From NCBI GenBank assembly GCA_036679605.1, contig JAZDCZ010000386.1:66311-130310 (forward strand): a DNA stretch of 64,000 nt, read 5' to 3'. Position 1 is the stretch's first letter. Every line of letters begins with the position of its first letter. This document shows, piece after piece, positions 57,027-64,000 of this stretch. The stretch comes from Gemmatimonadota bacterium (lineage in GTDB: Bacteria; Gemmatimonadota; Gemmatimonadetes; Gemmatimonadales; GWC2-71-9). The notes beneath the pieces were generated by a model that worked only from the letters and a program-made list of their open reading frames with translations, ran no database searches and was not told the origin of the DNA. The translations under genes were made by a program, and so were the position numbers.

Positions 57027-57708
57027 TAGAGCGAAGGAACGCTTTCAGCTCGCCGACTACTTCGGCTGCATCCACCTACTAGAGGATCTGATCGAAGGCG
57101 GCCGCGCGTTCGCCGACGCTCACCATTTGCTTGGGTTGGCGTTTCAGATGATCGGCCGACCTGAGCGTGCTCTCGAGTCACTGGATCATGCCTTGGAACT
57201 CAATCCCCGGTACGTGGAGGCCCATATCCATCGCGGGATTGTGCTGGGCGAATTGGGAAGACCGGCCGAAGCCGAAGATTCGTTTGCGGCGGCGCGAGAC
57301 TACGGTGGCGGAGAAAGAGGCGGGGTTCCTGCGCACCATGCATCCGAACTCGCCAACCTCCATGCCGCGCTTGGTGAGGCCTATGTCGAAGCTGGAGCCC
57401 TGAGCCAGGCGATTGACCAATACGAAGCGGCGTTGCGCTTCGGACCTGAGTTTCACGACCTCCGCTATCGGCTGGGGAGGCTACTGCTCGAGGCCGGCCG
57501 CTCCCTGGAAGCTCGTGAGGCACTCAAGCAGGTGGCCGACGCCAGGCCTGGATCAAATGACGTCAGATCGACCTTCGGGATGGCCTGCTATGTGTCGGGT
57601 GATGCGGGCACTGCGAGAGAAGTATGGGAGGAGCTGCTGGAGCGGGACCCAGACGATACGAGAGCAATCACTTATCTTACCATGCTAGATCGTGGGGCGG
57701 ACGCCTAA
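56998..57708 (+). CDS. TPR-repeat protein
   Basis: Repeated A-x3-L/A-x-Y 34-residue patterns are seen (HHLLGLAFQMIGRPERALESLDHALELNP, AHIHRGIVLGELGRPAEA, LHAALGEAYVEAGALSQAIDQYEAALRFGP). Confidence 0.75.
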   Translation: MDISPHRLLDRAKERFQLADYFGCIHLLEDLIEGGRAFADAHHLLGLAFQMIGRPERALESLDHALELNPRYVEAHIHRGIVLGELGRPAEAEDSFAAARDYGGGERGGVPAHHASELANLHAALGEAYVEAGALSQAIDQYEAALRFGPEFHDLRYRLGRLLLEAGRSLEAREALKQVADARPGSNDVRSTFGMACYVSGDAGTAREVWEELLERDPDDTRAITYLTMLDRGADA

Positions 57709-58618
57709 GTTGCCGTGTCGATTTGGGCCGATCGTCGCAGTGTTCTTATTCGCTGGGTGTGTCGGATCTGCAACTGAGCACGAAGTGCTGGGTGACCAGG
57801 CGTACGCAGACGGCAGATTTAGGGATGCCTTGGTAGAGTACCGACTGGCTCTCCTCCAGCGCAGTGATCCCGAACTACATGCCAAGACGGCTGCTGCTGC
57901 CTTCCACACCGGTGAGCTTACGAGTGCTGCCGAGCAGTATGTTGCTGTGGCAGAGTCGGGTGGTGAATCCGGCGTTTCCGAAGGGGCGGATGGTCTGGCG
58001 CGGGTTGCCCGGGCGGCGTTGGCGGGCCGGGATCGGATCGCGTTGACGACCGCCCTTGTCGGCTTGCAGCAGATCGCACCTGGGCGCGCGCTGGGCTCGT
58101 TTTCTCGCGAGATTGCCAGCCAGGTAGGTGACGCACCGCCGTCGGAGGAAGTGTTGTCCGTGCTGGAGTTGGCTGCCGCCGGGGCACCGGATGCTCGATT
58201 ACAGGATTCACTTGTCTACAAGTACTCAGTAGTGCTCCGACGATTGGAGCGGTGCGAGGAGGCCCTGCCGGTGCTCGAAAGCCTCTTGAGGCGGCAGCGC
58301 GAACCGGCGGTGTTGGATAGTGCGCGGCAGGATCTTGGGTTTTGCGCCCTGAGGCTCGGCCGGGAGTCGTTGGACCAGGGACTGCCGCTGTCCGCCGAAG
58401 CATGGTTCCAGCGGGCGGTGGCTGGCTCTGGTACGACGCGATATGGGCGGATGGCGTATGTAGGATTGGGTGATGTGCTGTTTGCCAGAGCTGATTTTGC
58501 GGGTGCGGCAGCGGCCTATGAGAGTGCGTTCGTGGGCGGTACACCTGACGATTCAATTTCGGTGGCTGCGGCGGCACGCCTCAGGATAGTTGAAGCAGCT
58601 GGAACGGGGACTCCATAA
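57692..58618 (+). CDS. TPR-like lipoprotein
   Basis: It has a lipoprotein signal (VAVFLFAGCVGS) and helical repeats (LGDQAYADGRFRDALVEYRLAL...). Confidence 0.65.
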   Translation: MGRTPKLPCRFGPIVAVFLFAGCVGSATEHEVLGDQAYADGRFRDALVEYRLALLQRSDPELHAKTAAAAFHTGELTSAAEQYVAVAESGGESGVSEGADGLARVARAALAGRDRIALTTALVGLQQIAPGRALGSFSREIASQVGDAPPSEEVLSVLELAAAGAPDARLQDSLVYKYSVVLRRLERCEEALPVLESLLRRQREPAVLDSARQDLGFCALRLGRESLDQGLPLSAEAWFQRAVAGSGTTRYGRMAYVGLGDVLFARADFAGAAAAYESAFVGGTPDDSISVAAAARLRIVEAAGTGTP

Positions 58619-58702
58619 TGGTGTTAAATCGAGGTGGCTTGGCTGAACGGCGGTCTCTTAAGACAATGGACATGGGAATTGACAAATGGTGGAGTTTAGG
58701 CA

Positions 58703-59503
58703 GTGACATCATGTAGTTGGCCACAGCACCACCGTTCTGCAACTCCACCGTCGTTCCCAGTCAAGCCATCATCGTGGCTGGTGCTGTTGCTGACAGTCGG
58801 AGTTCTCGCATGTGGACGTGGCCTGAATCTTTCGCAGTATCCAACTCCCGAAGCGCTACTGGAGGTTTCACTTCTGAAGTTTGCGGAAGGGAATTGCGGA
58901 GCGGCGGAGACAGGGTTCGAAAGCCTCACCTTGGTGCTGTCCTCCAGAGATCCGCGGCAGGCCATCGCGCGCTTCTTCATAGCCGAGTGCAGTTTTAAGC
59001 GTAAGCGCTATCTGCAGGCAACGCGCGACTACCGGCGCGTGACAAACGAGCATCCCCAAGATTCGCTGGCACCCAGGGCACTGTTGAGAGCCGGCGAAGC
59101 ATATGGAAAGCTGTGGAGACGATCGGAGCTGGATGCAACCAACGGGCTGAGTGCGCTCACCACCTACAGCGAATTGCTGAACCGGTACCCATCTAGCCCT
59201 GAAGTGTTGCAGGCTCGCGAGCGTATTACCGTCTTGAACGAGAAGTTCGCGAAGAAGGAATACGACTCTGGGATCTTCTACCTGCGTCTCAAGGCGTTCG
59301 ATTCAGCGATAACATATTTTAAGACCGTTGTAGCCGATTACCCGCAATCGATCTTCGCACCGGAAGCTCTGCTGAAACTGGTTGAAGCCTTTGACAAAAT
59401 CGGCTACAACGAAGACAAGAACGATATGTGCACACAGTTGCAACGATTCTATCCGGAGGTACTCGATCGGGCCGAGTCATGTCCGGCTCGGAACGCCCCG
59501 TAG
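58703..59503 (+). CDS. bamD: Outer membrane protein assembly factor BamD (YfiO-like TPR lipoprotein)
   Basis: It has a lipobox (LTVGVLACG). Then come TPR-like blocks with the typical ALLRAGEAY..., VLNEKFAKKEYDSGIFYLRLKAFDSAITYFKTVVADYPQSIFAPEALLKLVEAF. The exact start is uncertain. Confidence 0.8.
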   Translation: MTSCSWPQHHRSATPPSFPVKPSSWLVLLLTVGVLACGRGLNLSQYPTPEALLEVSLLKFAEGNCGAAETGFESLTLVLSSRDPRQAIARFFIAECSFKRKRYLQATRDYRRVTNEHPQDSLAPRALLRAGEAYGKLWRRSELDATNGLSALTTYSELLNRYPSSPEVLQARERITVLNEKFAKKEYDSGIFYLRLKAFDSAITYFKTVVADYPQSIFAPEALLKLVEAFDKIGYNEDKNDMCTQLQRFYPEVLDRAESCPARNAP

Positions 59504-59510
59504 GCAGAAC

Positions 59511-60086
59511 TTGCGGATCGGAATCTTTGGTGGGTCGTTCGACCCGCCACACATAGCGCACGTTGCGGTGGCGTCAGCGGCAGCAGACATGCTTTCGCTC
59601 GACCGCGTTCATTTCGTCCCGACGTTCATGCAACCGCTGAAGCCCGGACCGCACGTTGGTTCTCCGCAGGAGCGTCTGGAAATGGTGAGGGCGGTCGTGG
59701 CGGAAGACCCTCGGTTCGTTGCCGATGCGAGGGAGATAGAGCGGGCGGGCACTTCCTATACAATCGATACACTGCGCAGCCTGCGGCGCGATTTTCCCAA
59801 TTCTGAGCTATCTTTATTGATTGGGGCAGATACGGTCCAAGACCTTCCTCGGTGGCACGAGTGGGAGGAACTGCCCCGATTGGCGAGCATAGTGGTGCTT
59901 TCACGGCCAGGTGCCAAGCCCGCGGTCAGCGCAGCGGTGGCCAGCTACCTCGAGGTGCCGGAGATCGACATCTCCGCCACTCGGATACGCGAGACGATTC
60001 GCGATGGTCGACCGTTTCGGGAGCTGCTACCCGCTTCCGTCGCCGATTACATAGAAACGCACGGTCTCTACGGTTTAGGGAACTGA
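59511..60086 (+). CDS. nadD: Nicotinate-nucleotide adenylyltransferase
   Basis: [15 protein letters not shown] and ISATRIRE are present. I propose TTG 59511 as the start; the track ORF begins at 59382 inside bamD. Confidence 0.85.
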   Translation: MRIGIFGGSFDPPHIAHVAVASAAADMLSLDRVHFVPTFMQPLKPGPHVGSPQERLEMVRAVVAEDPRFVADAREIERAGTSYTIDTLRSLRRDFPNSELSLLIGADTVQDLPRWHEWEELPRLASIVVLSRPGAKPAVSAAVASYLEVPEIDISATRIRETIRDGRPFRELLPASVADYIETHGLYGLGN

Positions 60087-63000
60087 TGATCAAAGACTTA
60101 GTGAACAAGGTGATCGGCACACGCTTCGAGAGAGAACTGAAGCGGATCCAGCCGATTATAGATCAGATAAAAGAACACGAGCAGCGTCTCGCATCATACT
60201 CTGAGGCCGAGATTCAGCAGCAGACTACCAAGCTTCGTGGCATGGTCAAGGAGCGTATCGGCGCACTGGAAGGCGAGGTGGCCAAGAAGAAAGAGGCAAA
60301 ACGTAGCTGCAGTGACCCCGGCGAGCGGGATGCAATCGGCAAAGAACTACATGACTTGGAGGACCAACTCCACACTACTACGGCCGAGGCCCTCGATGAA
60401 GTCCTTCCCGAGGCATTCGCAACGGTTCGAGAGGCTTGCCGCCGACTGATCGGAACCAAAGTCGTAGTGACGGCATACGAGCTGACGTGGGACATGGTGC
60501 CCTACGATGTTCAGTTGATCGGGGGGTTAGTTCTTCACCAGGGCAAGATCGCCGAGATGGCGACGGGTGAAGGCAAAACGTTGGTCGCGACGTTACCGCT
60601 CTATTTGAACGCCCTAACAGGGCGGGGTGCTCACCTGGTAACGGTCAATGACTATCTAGCCCGCCGAGACTCAGAGTGGATGGGCCATCTGTTCAGTTTT
60701 CTCGGGCTATCCGTCGGATGCCTTGACAAGACCGAACCATCCACGCCGGAGCGGCGCGCCGCTTACAACTGCGATGTTACCTACGGCACGAACAACGAAT
60801 TCGGCTTCGATTATTTGCGCGACAATATGGTGTTCTCTTTCGACCAGAGAGTGCAGCGCGAACACGTCTACGCGATCATCGACGAAGTCGACAGCATCTT
60901 GATCGACGAGGCAAGAACGCCGCTCATCATCTCTGGTCCCGTCGGCAACGAGGGTGATGTAGAGTACGCGCAGCACAACTCACAGGTGCTGCGGTTGGTC
61001 CGTAAACAGACAAAAATCGTGAACGAACTCGTCGCCGCAGGTGAGCCGCTCCTGGACGATGAGGGCACCGAATACGAAGCCGCAGTCAAGTTATTCAAGG
61101 CCCAGCTCGGCATGCCGAAACATAAGCGGCTCATGAAGTTACTGCAGAAATCCGGGATCAAGCAGCTAGTGCAGCGAGTGGATCTGGATCGCATAGCAGA
61201 CAGGAAGCTGCCGTCCCAGCAGCAAAGATTCCGTGACATTGAGGAAGAGCTTTACTTCGTGCTGGATGAACGTGGGCACTCTGTACACCTGACCGAACTG
61301 GGTGTCGAAGAGATGAGTCCGAGCGATCCGACGCTGTTCGTCGTGCCGGATATTTCGGAGGAGATGGGACGCCTCGAACATGACGAGGATATGCCGGCAG
61401 AGGAAAAACTGCGGCGCAAGACCGAACTCGAAGCGGAGTATGCGTCAAAGAGCGAAGAACTCCACATCATACACAAGCTGCTTCAGGCTCACGCACTCTA
61501 CGAAAAAGACGTCGAGTACGTCGTGCAAGATGGTCAGGTGTACATCGTGGACGAATTCACCGGCCGCATAATGGCCGGGCGGCGCTGGTCGGACGGACTA
61601 CATCAGGCGATCGAGGCCAAGGAAGGTGTGACGGTGCGAGGCGAGACTCAAACGCTCGCCACGATCACGATCCAGAATTACTTCCGGATGTTCGAGAAAC
61701 TCTCCGGTATGACGGGGACGGCGGAGACCGAAGAGACGGAATTCTTCGAGATATATAAGCTAGACGTAATGGTGATCCCGACCAACCGTCCGGTGCGGCG
61801 GGTCGATGGTCACGATCTCATTTACAAGACCAGGCGTGAGAAATACAACTCTATCGTCGATGAGGTCGAACGCCATCGCGAAAGAGGGCTGCCGGTTCTG
61901 GTGGGTACCGCGACGGTCGAGGTATCGGAGACACTGTCGCGGTTGTTCAAACGCCGGGGTATCAAGCACGAAGTTCTCAACGCGAAGCAGCATCAGCGAG
62001 AGGCCGAAATCGTGAGGAACGCCGGTCGTGCCGGGTCGGTAACCATTGCGACCAACATGGCGGGCCGGGGTACCGACATCAAGTTGGGGCCGGGAGTCAA
62101 GAGCTGTGAGGTCTGTGGGATCAAATCGAAACTGGCGCCATTCGGGCAGCAGGTGGAGCAGCCCGATCTCGATGGGGACGAGATGAAGAAGCGGGGCTGC
62201 AATGACGATCCTCCGTGTGGATTGGTGATTGTCGGCACCGAGAGGCACGAGTCCCGTCGCATAGACAGACAGCTCCGCGGCCGCTCCGGCCGACAGGGAG
62301 ATCCGGGGCAGAGCACATTCTTCCTGTCGTTGGAAGACGATCTCATGCGGCTTTTTGGATCCGAGAGGATTGCCAAGATCATGGACCGCAGTGGTGCGGA
62401 GGAAGGTGAGGTGATTACCCACCCGCTTGTTACGCGAGCCATTGGGAACGCCCAGAAGAGAGTGGAGCTGCAGAACTTCGATGCACGCAAGCGATTGCTG
62501 GAGTATGACGATGTCATGAACCAGCAACGTGAGGTGATCTACTCGCTACGGCTGTTCGCGCTGGAGGGTGGAGAGGAACTCAAGGCTGAGGCGATCCGCA
62601 CTATTGACGGGGCCTTGACTCGGTTTGCAGAGGAGGAATTGGACGGGTCGGAGGACTGGGACCGTGAACTCGTCTCCACCGCCTTGCTGCAGCGGTTCTT
62701 GCTTTCTGCTCCAGACATCCAGGATGCGGACAAGGTACCGGACCTCGGTTCGCTCGCCTCGCTGCTTCACGCAGCAGGTCGGACCGCATTTGAAACCAAA
62801 CTGGTCACGTGGGATGAACTGGGGTCTCGTCACGGGATCGAGCAGCTCGGCGAGAAAGTACTGTCGCATCTCTTCCTACGGGTGCTGGACGAAAAGTGGA
62901 AGGACCACCTGTTCGAGCTAGACCATCTGAGGAGCGGGATCTACTATCGGTCGCTCGGTCAGAAGGACCCGTTGGTGGAGTACAAGAGGGAAGCATTCGA

Positions 63001-63334
63001 CATGTTCGTGGATCTCATGCACGACATCCGATCCACGTTCACCGAAACCTTCTTCAAGCATCAATTGCAGGTCAACGCTGGTCCGCCCGCCCAAAGACCT
63101 GCTGGTCCGCGAGTTGAGCAGCGTTCTGAGCCGGTTTCCGAGACCGATTTGATGGTGCCGGGAGCTGCCAGAACCCGCTCCCGAACGGACGGTATCGTGA
63201 CATCTCATGGCGAGCGGCCCTCAGCCGGCGGTGCAGCGGTTGGACAGCAGACCATGCCTAAGGTGGGCCGGAACGACCCCTGCCCTTGCGGAAGCGGGAG
63301 AAAGTACAAGAAATGCCACGGGGCCAAGGCCTGA
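60086..63334 (+). CDS. secA: Preprotein translocase ATPase SecA
   Basis: Motifs are [71 protein letters not shown] and the C-terminal zinc motif [17 protein letters not shown] 60086 overlaps the nadD stop; the track gives 59852. Confidence 0.95.
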   Translation: MIKDLVNKVIGTRFERELKRIQPIIDQIKEHEQRLASYSEAEIQQQTTKLRGMVKERIGALEGEVAKKKEAKRSCSDPGERDAIGKELHDLEDQLHTTTAEALDEVLPEAFATVREACRRLIGTKVVVTAYELTWDMVPYDVQLIGGLVLHQGKIAEMATGEGKTLVATLPLYLNALTGRGAHLVTVNDYLARRDSEWMGHLFSFLGLSVGCLDKTEPSTPERRAAYNCDVTYGTNNEFGFDYLRDNMVFSFDQRVQREHVYAIIDEVDSILIDEARTPLIISGPVGNEGDVEYAQHNSQVLRLVRKQTKIVNELVAAGEPLLDDEGTEYEAAVKLFKAQLGMPKHKRLMKLLQKSGIKQLVQRVDLDRIADRKLPSQQQRFRDIEEELYFVLDERGHSVHLTELGVEEMSPSDPTLFVVPDISEEMGRLEHDEDMPAEEKLRRKTELEAEYASKSEELHIIHKLLQAHALYEKDVEYVVQDGQVYIVDEFTGRIMAGRRWSDGLHQAIEAKEGVTVRGETQTLATITIQNYFRMFEKLSGMTGTAETEETEFFEIYKLDVMVIPTNRPVRRVDGHDLIYKTRREKYNSIVDEVERHRERGLPVLVGTATVEVSETLSRLFKRRGIKHEVLNAKQHQREAEIVRNAGRAGSVTIATNMAGRGTDIKLGPGVKSCEVCGIKSKLAPFGQQVEQPDLDGDEMKKRGCNDDPPCGLVIVGTERHESRRIDRQLRGRSGRQGDPGQSTFFLSLEDDLMRLFGSERIAKIMDRSGAEEGEVITHPLVTRAIGNAQKRVELQNFDARKRLLEYDDVMNQQREVIYSLRLFALEGGEELKAEAIRTIDGALTRFAEEELDGSEDWDRELVSTALLQRFLLSAPDIQDADKVPDLGSLASLLHAAGRTAFETKLVTWDELGSRHGIEQLGEKVLSHLFLRVLDEKWKDHLFELDHLRSGIYYRSLGQKDPLVEYKREAFDMFVDLMHDIRSTFTETFFKHQLQVNAGPPAQRPAGPRVEQRSEPVSETDLMVPGAARTRSRTDGIVTSHGERPSAGGAAVGQQTMPKVGRNDPCPCGSGRKYKKCHGAKA

Positions 63335-63427
63335 TATGACGCGCAAAGGGTCCGATGTCGTAGACTACGGGTACGTCTTGCGCTGATTCGTTTATGTTTT
63401 TCTCTCCGAAGTGCACATCTTCGGGGG

Positions 63428-64000
63428 ATGGACAGCCTTCGACTTTCCGAAACCCGAGTTGCAGACAGACCCCGCGAGCGGCTATTCACGCTCGGTGTGG
63501 CCTCGTTGACGACCACTGAACTCCTCGCCATTCTGATAAGTACGGGAACTGCGCGCCGCGACGCACTTGAGGTGGCAGGTGGACTCCTGCGGATTGGGAC
63601 GGGCTCCCTGCGCGAACTGGCTCGCCGCCCGCCGGGAGAACTGGCCGGTGTGTCCGGGGTAGGTAAGGCCAAGGCCGCAAGAGTGGCCGCGGCCTTAGAA
63701 CTGGCGCAGCGATTGGCAGGAGAGGGGCGGGAAGAGCCGTTTGGCATACGGAGTCCAGCTGATGTTCACCGCTGGTGCGGGCCGCGCATGCGTGACTTGG
63801 CGGTAGAGGAATTTCATCTGTTGGCGCTTGATACACAGAACAGGATCCGGCGCGATCTACTGATAACGCGGGGCATCCTCGACAGCTCGTTGGTTCATCC
63901 ACGGGAGGTGTTTAGGGCAGCCATTGCGGAGGCTGCAGCCGGCGTCATCGTGGTGCATAACCACCCGAGCGGTAACCCCACGCCTTCGGCCGACGACCGA
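63428..64000 (+). CDS. radC: RadC-family (UPF0758, JAB/MPN) protein, 3' end beyond the window
   Basis: Not in the track because there is no stop in the window. Manual translation from ATG 63428 gives MDSLRLSETRVADRPRERL...LTTTELLAILISTG...GVGKAKAARVAAALELA...VVHNHPSGNPTPSADD (JAMM-like HNHPSG motif). Confidence 0.88.
   Translation, partial: MDSLRLSETRVADRPRERLFTLGVASLTTTELLAILISTGTARRDALEVAGGLLRIGTGSLRELARRPPGELAGVSGVGKAKAARVAAALELAQRLAGEGREEPFGIRSPADVHRWCGPRMRDLAVEEFHLLALDTQNRIRRDLLITRGILDSSLVHPREVFRAAIAEAAAGVIVVHNHPSGNPTPSADDR

Noticed and set aside
59852-60085. N-terminal extensions in the ORF track for secA. The same applies to carB (45472), pyrF (38922), E1beta (30442), ugd (53699), the epimerase (55974), nadD (59382), HK1 (8751), copA (26371), namZ (22644), the MBL hydrolase (35590) and sodA (8291).
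   Set aside because: The extensions overlap the preceding gene and have junk composition. Conserved N-termini begin at internal ATG, GTG or TTG codons that overlap or abut the upstream stop codon.
63406-63424. A 6-bp hairpin (CCGAAG/CTTCGG) just upstream of the radC ATG, plus a loose structure at 63349-63395 after secA.
   Set aside because: The hairpin lacks a following T tract and is short. The secA-distal structure has only a 6-bp imperfect stem. This is too weak to call a terminator or riboswitch.

Overview
This is a GC-rich, very densely packed bacterial chromosomal window with about 66 protein genes and 2 tRNAs. Gene content hints at a Gemmatimonadota/Acidobacteriota-like organism (an ADOP-type orphan FtsX permease, a long FCB-style SecA, TonB/ExbBD sets), but this is unverified. 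All calls come from reading the supplied six-frame translations and the raw sequence by eye; no searches or computations were run.

Gene order, left to right:
- Two divergent Hanks-type Ser/Thr kinases. The first runs off the left edge and is missing from the ORF track.
- tRNA-Ala, then an orphan ADOP permease and sodA, with a divergent AhpE-like peroxiredoxin.
- A histidine kinase (HK), response regulator (RR), HK trio. The RR and second HK look CusRS/CopRS-like.
- A tonB-exbB-exbD-exbD-tonB-like cluster, then an NhaC antiporter.
- A peptidoglycan amino-sugar salvage cluster: BadF-type kinase, SSS transporter, erpA, GH3 NagZ-like, DUF1343/NamZ.
- A roughly 10.6-kb co-directional array: CDP-alcohol phosphatidyltransferase, myo-inositol-1-phosphate synthase, cupredoxin, CopA, an unknown ORF, CopZ, 2-oxoacid dehydrogenase E1alpha, E1beta, E2, an unknown ORF, and a PHP protein.
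- trxB, an MBL hydrolase, tRNA-Leu, then smpB-amidase-pyrD-pyrF.
- The ribosomal alpha operon (rpmJ-rpsM-rpsK-rpsD-rpoA-rplQ) and a convergent rpmB.
- A roughly 15-kb nucleotide-sugar array (gmd, rmd, wbpDEBA-like, ugd, uxs, GlcA epimerase) with carB and murB embedded.
- TPR lipoproteins, bamD, nadD, secA, and a radC that runs off the right edge.

I see no CRISPR array, prophage, integrase or recognisable defence island, and I cannot point to a clear-cut new multi-gene system. The most unusual items are:
- A 549-bp interruption between E1beta and E2 carrying an antisense IS200/Y1-transposase-like ORF whose HUH histidines appear replaced.
- Copper-export genes translationally coupled to the 2-oxoacid dehydrogenase genes, with unknown small ORFs wedged in.
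- An SSS transporter and BadF kinase in a NamZ/NagZ context.
- A paired PIP-synthase-like and MIPS operon.
- A Ton cluster with a second, Gly-rich TonB-like protein.
- Precursor-only sugar genes with carB/murB embedded.
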